A DNA stretch of 38,482 nt from Desulfosoma sp. (GTDB taxonomy: Bacteria; Desulfobacterota; Syntrophobacteria; Syntrophobacterales; DSM-9756): contig JBBFKW010000021.1 in assembly GCA_037481835.1 (NCBI GenBank), positions 1-38,482 of the forward strand, written 5' to 3'. Both the position numbers and the translations under genes were made by a program. Shown here one piece after another: positions 1 to 7,537 of this stretch. The first letter of the stretch is position 1. Each line of letters starts with the position of its first letter. The notes under the pieces are model-generated. The model was given only the letters and a program-made list of their open reading frames with translations, was not told where the DNA came from and did not search any database.

Positions 1-202
1 GGTCAACGACAAGGGTCAAGTCATCCATATCCGACACACTTCGGAGCCGGAGCCGATTCACGTGGAAAGTTACAAAGCTCTTGAATTGCCGGTTCGGCCA
101 CTGAGGAGGCTCACGAAAATCGAGTGAAAAATTTGTAGTGCAGAATTCAAAACCACATCCAAGCAAAATCAACACCATACACACAAAAGTGACAAACTTG
201 GG
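1..202 (+). mobile_element. Right end of an IS1634-like insertion sequence (transposase C-terminus plus terminal inverted repeat)
   Basis: Frame 2 (2..127) reads VNDKGQVIHIRHTSEPEPIHVESYKALELPVRPLRRLTKIE*, resembling IS1634 transposase C-termini. An A-rich tail ends in GTGACAAACTTGGG (189-202), whose exact reverse complement is at 38428-38441. Confidence 0.7.
2..127 (+). CDS. Transposase, C-terminal fragment (truncated by window edge), IS1634-like
   Basis: Open frame to TGA 125-127; HIRxTSEPEPxH..Y.AL pattern recalled from IS1634-family C-termini. Confidence 0.6.
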   Translation, partial: VNDKGQVIHIRHTSEPEPIHVESYKALELPVRPLRRLTKIE

Positions 203-443
203 TAAGGCTGCCTTTGAAGCCAACTTTGCTCGTTTCAAAAGCAAGATCCCGCAGTCTCCGGCTTTGCCAACCACTGCGAAGAAAAATCCTTCTGGTGTGC
301 CAGATGCGAGTCTTGATCGGATACCATTGCAGAAAGCCTCTTTAATGGTCTCAAGGAGATGAGGATGAATATGGGGAAGTCACTCCTTGGCTTCGGTGGC
401 AAGAAAATCTCATTCCTCCCGTGAAGGAACATGGGAGGTCGAA

Positions 444-1403
444 GTGGACAGAGCTGTTGAAGATCGATTTCTTGGCTGCTTGCTGGGACTGGCGTGTGGG
501 GATGCGGTTGGGACGACGGTGGAGTTTCGGCCGAGGGGTACGTTCCCACCCGTACAGGATATGGTCGGCGGCGGGCCTTTCGCCCTGAAACCCGGGCAGT
601 GGACGGACGATACTTCCATGGCGCTCTGTCTTGCGGAAAGTCTCATCACGCGCGGGGGATTCGACCCTCGGGACCAAATGGAGCGCTACTGGCGGTGGTA
701 CCAGGACGGCTACTGGAGCGCCACGGGTTCGTGCTTCGACATTGGAAATACCGTGCGCGAGGCCCTTCACCGATTTCGACAGAGCGGTGAGCCCTTTTCC
801 GGCTCCGCGGAGCCCCATCGGGCGGGAAACGGCTGCATCATGCGGCTGGGTCCGGTGGCACTCTATTATAATCCCCATCGGGAAAAGGCCGTCTTCTATG
901 CCGGACAAAGCGCCAAAACCACCCATGGAGCGGCCGAATGCGTGGAAGCGTGCCGCCTTCTAGCGGATCTATTGGTTCGGGCACTCGACGGCGAAAACAA
1001 AGATAATCTCTTGCGGACGGAATCTGAGCGTATAAAGAGCCCGCTTTTGGCCATCCGGTCGGAAAAGATCGCCGCCATCGCTCGGGGCGACTATTTGCAA
1101 AAACCCGTAGAGCGAATTCGGGGCTCGGGCTACGTGGTGGAGTCCCTGGAAGCGGCCCTCTATTGTTTCGCCCGGACGGAAAGCTTCGAAGCCGCCGTGC
1201 TCATGGCCGCAAACCTCGGCGACGATGCCGACACCACCGCGGCCGTCTGCGGCCAGATCGCCGGGGCTTACTACGGCGAATCGGGGATTCCCCGGCCATG
1301 GCTGGAAAAACTGGCCATGGCCGAGCGCATCCGCGCTCTGGGTCGGGCTCTTATGAGTGGACCCGCCCCCGAAAAAGAGCCGCCTCCCCAAAATGTCCCT
1401 TAG
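444..1403 (+). CDS. ADP-ribosylglycohydrolase family protein (DraG/ARH-like)
   Basis: GLACGDAVG, WTDDT, GNGCIMR and GDDADTTAAVCGQIAGA motifs; GTG 444 has GGAGG upstream (ORF track extends to 387). Confidence 0.92.
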   Translation: MDRAVEDRFLGCLLGLACGDAVGTTVEFRPRGTFPPVQDMVGGGPFALKPGQWTDDTSMALCLAESLITRGGFDPRDQMERYWRWYQDGYWSATGSCFDIGNTVREALHRFRQSGEPFSGSAEPHRAGNGCIMRLGPVALYYNPHREKAVFYAGQSAKTTHGAAECVEACRLLADLLVRALDGENKDNLLRTESERIKSPLLAIRSEKIAAIARGDYLQKPVERIRGSGYVVESLEAALYCFARTESFEAAVLMAANLGDDADTTAAVCGQIAGAYYGESGIPRPWLEKLAMAERIRALGRALMSGPAPEKEPPPQNVP

Positions 1404-1519
1404 TCCGCCACTGCTCTCACCGTGGGGTTTTCCCGGCGTCGCTCTTATGGATTCTTGGGTTGAGACGTTGTATAGAGCGGACGTCGCCTCGGAAAAATCC
1501 TTTCCATCGAGGGCCTCGG

Positions 1520-2356
1520 ATGATCGACCTTGTGGAACTCAGAAAGCATTACAAGACCGTGGAAGCACTCAAGGGCGTGAGCCTCCGCGTGGCCTCCGGG
1601 GAGCTTTTCGCCTACCTGGGGCCCAACGGCGCCGGGAAGACGACCACCATCCGCATCCTTACCGGACTGACCCGCCCGAGTGGCGGCCGGGCAATGGTCG
1701 GGGGGCACGACGTGGAAAGGGAACCGCTCAAGGCGAAACGTCACCAGGGCTTGGTCCCGCAGCACATCAATTTGGACGCCGAACTCACCGTGGAGGAAAA
1801 CCTCGTCATCCATGGGAGACTCCATGGCATGGCCGCTTCAGACATCCGCGGCCGCATTGACGAGCTTTTGGAATACGTGGGCTTGGAAGAAAAGCGCGCG
1901 AGCCTGGTCAAGCGGCTTTCCGGCGGCATGAAACGACGTCTCATGATCGCACGGGCTTTGCTGCATCGGCCCGGCGTCTTGTTTCTCGATGAACCCACCG
2001 TGGGACTGGATCCCGCCATCCGGCGGCGCATTTGGAGCCTGATCAAGAAGATCCAGCAAGACGGCGTGACGGTTTTTCTCACCACGCACTACATCGAGGA
2101 GGCAGAGTTCCTGGCCGATCGGGTGGCTTTTATCGATGAGGGAAAGATCGTGGCGCTGGATACGCCGCGGCGTCTCATGGACAATTTGGGCCAATGGGCC
2201 ATCGACGTTTACCGGGAAAACGACATGGTCACCCGCTATTTCCCCGACAGGGAATCGGCCCGCCGATTCGCCGAAGAACACCGCAATGGCTACACCCTGC
2301 GCCGCGTCAACCTGGAGGACGTGTTTCTGACCTACACGGGAAAGAAAGTGGCATGA
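1520..2356 (+). CDS. ABC transporter ATP-binding protein (DrrA/NodI-type exporter)
   Basis: GPNGAGKTT, LSGGMKRR, LFLDEPTVGLD, TTHY; ATG 1520 chosen over the 1163 extension. Confidence 0.92.
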   Translation: MIDLVELRKHYKTVEALKGVSLRVASGELFAYLGPNGAGKTTTIRILTGLTRPSGGRAMVGGHDVEREPLKAKRHQGLVPQHINLDAELTVEENLVIHGRLHGMAASDIRGRIDELLEYVGLEEKRASLVKRLSGGMKRRLMIARALLHRPGVLFLDEPTVGLDPAIRRRIWSLIKKIQQDGVTVFLTTHYIEEAEFLADRVAFIDEGKIVALDTPRRLMDNLGQWAIDVYRENDMVTRYFPDRESARRFAEEHRNGYTLRRVNLEDVFLTYTGKKVA

Positions 2357-3090
2357 GTCGCGCGTGGCTCGCGGTTTATCTTCGAGAAATGCTCATCCTG
2401 CGCCGGCGTTTTTTTCGCCAGCTCTTTTCCTGGTCTGTCGCCCCGCTCCTCTATCTTGTCGCTTTCGGCTACGGCATGGGTCGACATGTCACCGTGCAAG
2501 GGGTCGATTACCTGGATTTTCTCATTCCAGGCCTGGCGGCCATGACGAGCATGACCCAGGCCTTCGCCATCGGCAGCGAGATCAATATCGCGCGGTTTTA
2601 TTGGCATATTTTCGAGGAGTTCCAGGCCGCGCCCATGAGCCACGTGGAGTACGTGCTGGGGGAAGTGCTCGCGGGAGTGAGTCGGGCGGTGCTGGCTGGG
2701 CTGGTGATCATCGGGTTGGGCGCTTCGTTCGGCGTGGTCCTGTCTTACAATGCGTATTTTTGGGGGGCTTTCGTTTTGAACAGCCTCGTCTTTTCGGGCC
2801 TGGCCGTGGCCTTGGCCATGCTGGTGAAATCCCATGCGGATCAAGCCTTCATGAACAATTTTATCATTACGCCCATGGCCTTCCTGGGCGGGACATTCTT
2901 TCCACTGAGCCATCTACCCCCGTGGGCTCAGGAAATGCTCCGGTTCCTGCCCATCACCCACGCCGCATCGGCCATGCGGGAGGCCGCCCTTGGCCGCACG
3001 CCGGATCTTTTCGCCTATATTCTCTTAGCCGTCCTGGGTGCGGCGGCCTTCGCGGGCGCCGTGTTCACCGTGGACCGGGCAAGGGATTAG
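2353..3090 (+). CDS. ABC-2 type transporter permease
   Basis: ATGA overlap with the ATPase; YLDFLIPGL and FLGGTFFPL..LP.W motifs; multiple TM segments. Confidence 0.9.
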   Translation: MSRAWLAVYLREMLILRRRFFRQLFSWSVAPLLYLVAFGYGMGRHVTVQGVDYLDFLIPGLAAMTSMTQAFAIGSEINIARFYWHIFEEFQAAPMSHVEYVLGEVLAGVSRAVLAGLVIIGLGASFGVVLSYNAYFWGAFVLNSLVFSGLAVALAMLVKSHADQAFMNNFIITPMAFLGGTFFPLSHLPPWAQEMLRFLPITHAASAMREAALGRTPDLFAYILLAVLGAAAFAGAVFTVDRARD

Positions 3091-3193
3091 GCCGGGAAGG
3101 CGGCGCAGCGGCGCCGGACTGCAGAAGGGGCGAAACCCCCCTCGCCGACCCAAAAAGCCCGAACGGCAACTCAGGCTTGATGGGGAAGGCATC

Positions 3194-3222
3194 TTGTCGC
3201 AAATCTGTCCCTCAAGTAAGAT
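3194..3222 (+). promoter_or_regulatory. Putative sigma70 promoter
   Basis: TTGTCG-N17-TAAGAT about 85 nt upstream of ATG 3306. Confidence 0.45.
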
Positions 3223-3305
3223 AGCATCACAGAGCGGCATTGCAGCTGCGCCTGCAGGAGGCCGGCTGCGATGGCGACATCGCATCGCACCAAGAGGTCA
3301 ATCCC

Positions 3306-4127
3306 ATGGGCATGAGCGTTTCTTTATACAGAAAACTGCAAAACGTGCCGCCGGACCTTCGTGAAGTGCTGCTCAGCCTCTTCGAAGAGGTCGAGCGCAA
3401 TCGTGAGGAATCGGTGTCCAAAAAAGAGTTTGTCGAGCTCAAGGAGGTGGTCCGTGAACTGGCGGATGCCCAGCTGAAGACCGACAAGCAACTAGGCGTT
3501 CTCACGGCCAAGGTGGAGGAGCTTGCGGAGGCGCAAAAACGCACCGAGACCCGTTTGAACGCTCTGGCGAGCAAAGTGGAGGAGCTGGCCGAAGCGCAAA
3601 AGCGGACGGAAGCTCGGCTGGAGGAGCTGGCCGAAGCCCAAAAGCGGACGGAAGCTCGGCTGGAGGAGCTGGCCGAAGCCCAGACACGGACGGAAAAAGA
3701 GGTGGCCAGCTTGGCCCGGGGTCTTAAAGTAACGCGGGAACAACTGGGCGGGCTTTCCAAAAGCATGGCCTATGCCCTGGAAAACGAAGCCTATCGGAAA
3801 CTTCCGGCCTACCTGGCTTCGGCGCACGGCATCCGGGTGAAGGAGCGGATCGTGCGGGCCGATGTTGCGGACGAGGAGATCAATTTCTTCGCAAGGGCGG
3901 AAAAAGACGGCAAGCCCGTGATTCTCGTCGGGGAATCGGTCCTCCGGTTGGATGATGCGTCCAAGTTGAAGAGCCTGATGGACAAAGTGGAGAAGGTGGG
4001 TTCGGTCTACGGGGACGAATTGGTGCCCATTTTGGTGACGCACTTTGCCAAACCCAAAGTGTTGGACAAGGCCCGACAGGCTGGCATTTGTGTCGTCCAA
4101 AGTTTCGAATGGGACGAGAGCCCCTGA
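3306..4127 (+). CDS. Coiled-coil repeat protein with C-terminal PD-(D/E)XK-like domain (DUF3782-like architecture)
   Basis: Repeats of [14 protein letters not shown] followed by [14 protein letters not shown] and EEIN...ILVGES. Confidence 0.7.
   Translation: MGMSVSLYRKLQNVPPDLREVLLSLFEEVERNREESVSKKEFVELKEVVRELADAQLKTDKQLGVLTAKVEELAEAQKRTETRLNALASKVEELAEAQKRTEARLEELAEAQKRTEARLEELAEAQTRTEKEVASLARGLKVTREQLGGLSKSMAYALENEAYRKLPAYLASAHGIRVKERIVRADVADEEINFFARAEKDGKPVILVGESVLRLDDASKLKSLMDKVEKVGSVYGDELVPILVTHFAKPKVLDKARQAGICVVQSFEWDESP
3514..3694 (+). repeat. Intragenic tandem repeat: one 63-bp unit then 42-bp units
   Basis: TGGAGGAGCT starts at 3514, 3577, 3619 and 3661; the 42-bp copies are near-identical. 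Confidence 0.9.
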
Positions 4128-4148
4128 AGCCGGGCGCGGGGAGAACCC

Positions 4149-6113
4149 CTACGACGAAGTGGGGTCCGCACGGCGGACGTTCCAGAAGGTTTTGGCGTAC
4201 TCTTCCGAAAGGATGCGGCGGTCGCCCACACGCACGGTCATGCCGATGGAATCCAGATAATCCAGGATGCTGAGGCCCCGAGTGCGGCCGAATCCAAAAA
4301 GATCCGCACAGTCGCCGACGGTGACGGCACCGTCTCGAAGAATCTTTGTTCGGACCTTCACCTTGATCTCTTCCAAAGCCTCTCGAGTCATGTAGCGGCC
4401 GTCCCGCAGGCGCACCAAGGTTTTTTGGGCCGTCAGATAGTCGACGAGTTTTTGGACCTCCGGCCGCGGATAGCGTTCGCCGTGATCGTCGCAGAAAGTG
4501 CCGACGGCGAAGGTCCGCCATCCCAACTTCTTTGCGTAATCCAGAATCCTTTGGACGATTTCCTGCTGGCGCCGCGGCAGGACCGTGACCCGATCGGGCA
4601 GCCGATACCCGCCCGAATCCCGGGTGACTGTGCCGCGGCCTTCCAAATCCGCCAAGACGTGCTCGACGACGGCGTCATCTATGGGAGCATCGACCCGGTG
4701 TCGGATTTCCTGCGGGGTCACGGTGGTTTTCAGGGGATTTTCGGCGAGGATTTCCGAAAGAGCCCTGAAAACTTCGCGGCTCAGGTGGCTGTAGGAATCC
4801 TTGGGCATGATGCGTTGGCCGCCGATCTGAACATAGCGTCCCTCTCGGCAGGCGCGTTCCACATGATCGGCGACGGTCCGAGACGGAAAGCCGGTCGCCC
4901 GCGTAATTTCCGTGAGGCTCACGGCGCGATGGCCCGTCCGTTCAAACAATTTGTTCACGGCGTTTGGGACGTCTTCGTGCATGAGGCAGCGCAGAAAAGG
5001 GATGACCTTGGATGCCTTGCGCTCACGATATTTTTGCCCGGAAACCTCCAAGACGATCCCTCCACCCAGCAGGGCTTCCAGATCCACGGAGCACATGACG
5101 AAGGGGTCCCGTGCCAAAGCCGCCGTGGCTCTTTCCAGGCGGAATTGCACCAGGCCGGACTCCCCAGGGGCCAAGGTTTCGCGCTCCATGAGAACGACAA
5201 CGGCGTTATGGCATCCCGTTCCCACGTGGATTTTTACCCGGGTCCTGTTCACGAGAGGGCGGGGGGCATATCGGGACATCTGCAGCCGAGCGTTGAGGTA
5301 GAAGGCCGGGGCAGCGTATTCGGGCGTTACGAGCGCCATGCCGTGATCCACCGCCTCTGTGGGCACCCCCCTCAGGTTGATCCCCGCGCGCATGCCCGCC
5401 TCGATGCGCGGGACCCGTTCGTGGTGCACTTCCAAAAATCGGGCCGTGACCACTTGGCGGGCCGGAAGCAGCTCCACGGGATCGCCTTCAGCAAGGGTTC
5501 CCGACAGGACCGTGCCGGAAACCACGGTGCCGAATCCCGCCGCCTGGATCACCCGATCGATCCATAGACGAAATACAGGGTGCACAGTCTCCGTGCGGAT
5601 CGAATTCGCGAGGCGTTGGATCTCACGGAGCACGGCTTTAAGCCCGCGGCCGTCTACGGCGGAAAAAGGAAGGATCGGACACCCCTCCAGGAACGTGTCG
5701 CGCACGAGGTCCCGAACTTCCATGGCCGCCAGTTCCAGGGTTTCTTCGTCCACCAAATCCGCTTTGCTCAGCACGACGAGACCGGTTGAGGCGCCCATGA
5801 ACCTCAGGATTTCCAGGTGATCCAGGGTTTGAGGCATGACGCCGTCGTCGGCGGCGACCACAAGGAGCGCCGCCCGCACGGTGCTCAAACCCCGGATGGT
5901 GTTTTTTCGGAAATCCTTGTGTCCCGGAACATCCATCAAGGCGATGCGGCGGCCGTCAGGGAGGACGAGAGGGGCCACGCCGGGTTCGATGGTCAAGCCG
6001 CGGCGTTTTTCTTCTTTCAATCGGTCCGTGTCCCAGCCGGTGAGGGCCTTTACCAGAGAGGTTTTGCCGTGATCCACATGGCCTGCGATGCCGATAAGGC
6101 ACGGGGGATTCAT
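4149..6113 (-). CDS. selB: Selenocysteine-specific elongation factor SelB, divergent (SelB*-like)
   Basis: IAGHVDHGKT, DVPGH, VVAADDGVMPQT, IDRV...GFGTVVSGT, and C-terminal winged helix LDYLDSIGMTVRVGDRR; 654 aa. Confidence 0.93.
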   Translation of the reverse strand: MNPPCLIGIAGHVDHGKTSLVKALTGWDTDRLKEEKRRGLTIEPGVAPLVLPDGRRIALMDVPGHKDFRKNTIRGLSTVRAALLVVAADDGVMPQTLDHLEILRFMGASTGLVVLSKADLVDEETLELAAMEVRDLVRDTFLEGCPILPFSAVDGRGLKAVLREIQRLANSIRTETVHPVFRLWIDRVIQAAGFGTVVSGTVLSGTLAEGDPVELLPARQVVTARFLEVHHERVPRIEAGMRAGINLRGVPTEAVDHGMALVTPEYAAPAFYLNARLQMSRYAPRPLVNRTRVKIHVGTGCHNAVVVLMERETLAPGESGLVQFRLERATAALARDPFVMCSVDLEALLGGGIVLEVSGQKYRERKASKVIPFLRCLMHEDVPNAVNKLFERTGHRAVSLTEITRATGFPSRTVADHVERACREGRYVQIGGQRIMPKDSYSHLSREVFRALSEILAENPLKTTVTPQEIRHRVDAPIDDAVVEHVLADLEGRGTVTRDSGGYRLPDRVTVLPRRQQEIVQRILDYAKKLGWRTFAVGTFCDDHGERYPRPEVQKLVDYLTAQKTLVRLRDGRYMTREALEEIKVKVRTKILRDGAVTVGDCADLFGFGRTRGLSILDYLDSIGMTVRVGDRRILSEEYAKTFWNVRRADPTSS

Positions 6114-6131
6114 GGGCCTCCTTTCTGCGAC

Positions 6132-6686
6132 TCAGCACACGGTCTTTGGGACCAACGTTTCACGAAACAGGCGGATCGCTTCCGGAACCGCTTTGCGGAC
6201 GAGCACAGGGCGTTCCATCCCTGCGCCCAAGCGGTCCTCTTCGTACCCGGGATGAGCCGGGAGCGGGGCCGGCGTTTCGGCGAGCGCCGCGGTGTCGTAA
6301 ATGGTCCGGTCGCAGGCCGCCTCGAGGAGCGGCTTTTTCGCAGCGGCGGGTCGGTCCACCCAACCCAATCGGGCCATGATTTCGAACCGGGCTTGGTCGA
6401 TGAGGTAAAAGTAGCCGTTGAGAAGTCGGCACAGGGTGTCCAGATCCTGAGACTCGAAGGCTTCTCCGTGGCCCAATCCCTGACAGACCATAATGAAATC
6501 ATAAAGAGCCGTTTGGGCCTCGTCGCTTTCGGAGGCAAAGGCGAGAAGCACCGAGCCGGGAAGATCCTTCCAGGTGGTCGATGCGTTCCACAGGCCTTGT
6601 CCAGGAAAGAGCCAGCGGCACAGGCGAAAAGCCCGGTCGGCCAGTTTGCGGTATTTGTACCCTTCGAGGGAGACCACATCGCCCAT
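6132..6686 (-). CDS. Hypothetical protein in the selC*-mvhD-selB* operon
   Basis: Protein-like ORF (MGDVVSLEGYK...PKTVC*) filling the mvhD-selB gap; start uncertain (6686 or 6728). Confidence 0.7.
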   Translation of the reverse strand: MGDVVSLEGYKYRKLADRAFRLCRWLFPGQGLWNASTTWKDLPGSVLLAFASESDEAQTALYDFIMVCQGLGHGEAFESQDLDTLCRLLNGYFYLIDQARFEIMARLGWVDRPAAAKKPLLEAACDRTIYDTAALAETPAPLPAHPGYEEDRLGAGMERPVLVRKAVPEAIRLFRETLVPKTVC

Positions 6687-6756
6687 CAGTCGTTGCTTTT
6701 CATGAAATTGACGGCGTGCTCTGCCCATTGGAGGCCACCAATTGATGAGAAAAAAA

Positions 6757-7218
6757 TCATTGGGATGCCGCTTTCTTTTGAAGAAGGGGCTCGGGTTCCC
6801 ACAAAGACGGATACAGGGGCCCCAGAGCTCTGATGCGATCGGTGATATCCCGGCAGCATTGAGCGAACTGCGGTCCCATGGAGGCGGAGTTGTAAACCAT
6901 TCCCACGCGTTCCGGTTCCACACCGAGCGCCTCCAGAAGCTTCTGCACTCGGGCGACCCGCTTGGCGGCTTTGAGGTTCCCGGAAATATAATGGCATTCG
7001 CCGGAAAGACAGCCGGAGACGTAAACGGCGTCGGCTCCTTGTTCCAGCGGCTTTAAGAGATGCACGACATCGACGCGTCCCGTGCAGGGCACGCGAACGA
7101 TGTAAACGTTCGGCGGATAGGACAAGCGCATGGCGCCGGCGAGATCCGCCGCCGTGTAGGAACACCATTGGCAGCAGTACAGAAGGATTTTGGGCTCGAA
7201 CCGTTGGGCTGTGGCCAT
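6757..7218 (-). CDS. mvhD: Methyl-viologen-reducing hydrogenase delta subunit / FlpD-like [2Fe-2S] protein
   Basis: FEPKILLYCCQWCSYTAADLAG, RVPCTGRVD, GADAVYVSGC..GECHY..GN; GGAG upstream of ATG 7218. Confidence 0.93.
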   Translation of the reverse strand: MATAQRFEPKILLYCCQWCSYTAADLAGAMRLSYPPNVYIVRVPCTGRVDVVHLLKPLEQGADAVYVSGCLSGECHYISGNLKAAKRVARVQKLLEALGVEPERVGMVYNSASMGPQFAQCCRDITDRIRALGPLYPSLWEPEPLLQKKAASQ

Positions 7219-7234
7219 GAGGAGTGCTCCCGAC

Positions 7235-7326
7235 TGGAGGGGGCAAGGGGAATCGAACCTCCTCCCGGTTGATGAGACCGGGCCGACGGGTTTGCAGCCC
7301 GCGGGGCGCCCAGCGCCGTTGCCCCC
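7235..7326 (-). tRNA. Atypical tRNA-Cys(GCA) with tRNA-Sec-like 8/4 fold (selC*-type)
   Basis: Acceptor GGGGGCAA/TTGCCCCC (8 bp), D-arm GGCGC-TGG-GCGCC, anticodon arm GCGGG-CT GCA AA-CCCGT, variable arm CCCGGT-N7-ACCGGG, T-arm GG(A)GG-TTCGATT-CCCC, discriminator T and encoded CCA. Confidence 0.9.
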
Positions 7327-7374
7327 GAAAACCGAAGTCCGCATCTGCGTGCCCGAATCCGATATGGCGGTTGG

Positions 7375-7404
7375 CTCTTACGACCACATCGGCCGATGTG
7401 TCAA
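7375..7404 (-). promoter_or_regulatory. Putative sigma70 promoter of the selC* operon with palindromic operator
   Basis: Minus strand TTGACA-N18-TAAGAG; perfect 16-bp palindrome CACATCGGCCGATGTG at 7385-7400. Confidence 0.5.
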
Positions 7405-7469
7405 ATAGGTAATTTCGATAATCCAGGAGAGCCTCCTTCGGTTTTCGGCCGTCCGGGTTTTTTCGATTC

Positions 7470-7498
7470 TTGCACAGCGGCCGTCGGTGGCGTATGGT
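7470..7498 (+). promoter_or_regulatory. Putative sigma70 promoter of the glnQ-like gene and ilvE
   Basis: TTGCAC-N17-TATGGT about 40 nt upstream of ATG 7538. Confidence 0.5.
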
Positions 7499-7537
7499 GG
7501 GCCGAAGGCAGAGTGAGGTAAGACGGGTAGAAGGACC

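Noticed and set aside
203..443. Lower-GC stretch and 74-aa ORF 138-362 after the IS end
   Set aside because: ORF crosses the IS boundary; no recognisable protein in the frames read; possibly a decayed remnant
444..1403. draG of nitrogenase regulation
   Set aside because: No draT or nif genes nearby; only family-level assignment is supported
3514..3694. CRISPR array
   Set aside because: Repeats are contiguous, in frame and lack unique spacers; no cas genes
7235..7326. Canonical selC tRNA-Sec(UCA), expected next to selB
   Set aside because: Anticodon reads GCA, discriminator is U not G, and the T-stem is 4 bp plus a bulge
7219..7344. N-terminal extension of MvhD in the ORF track
   Set aside because: Overlaps the tRNA; ATG 7218 has an RBS and matches the family start
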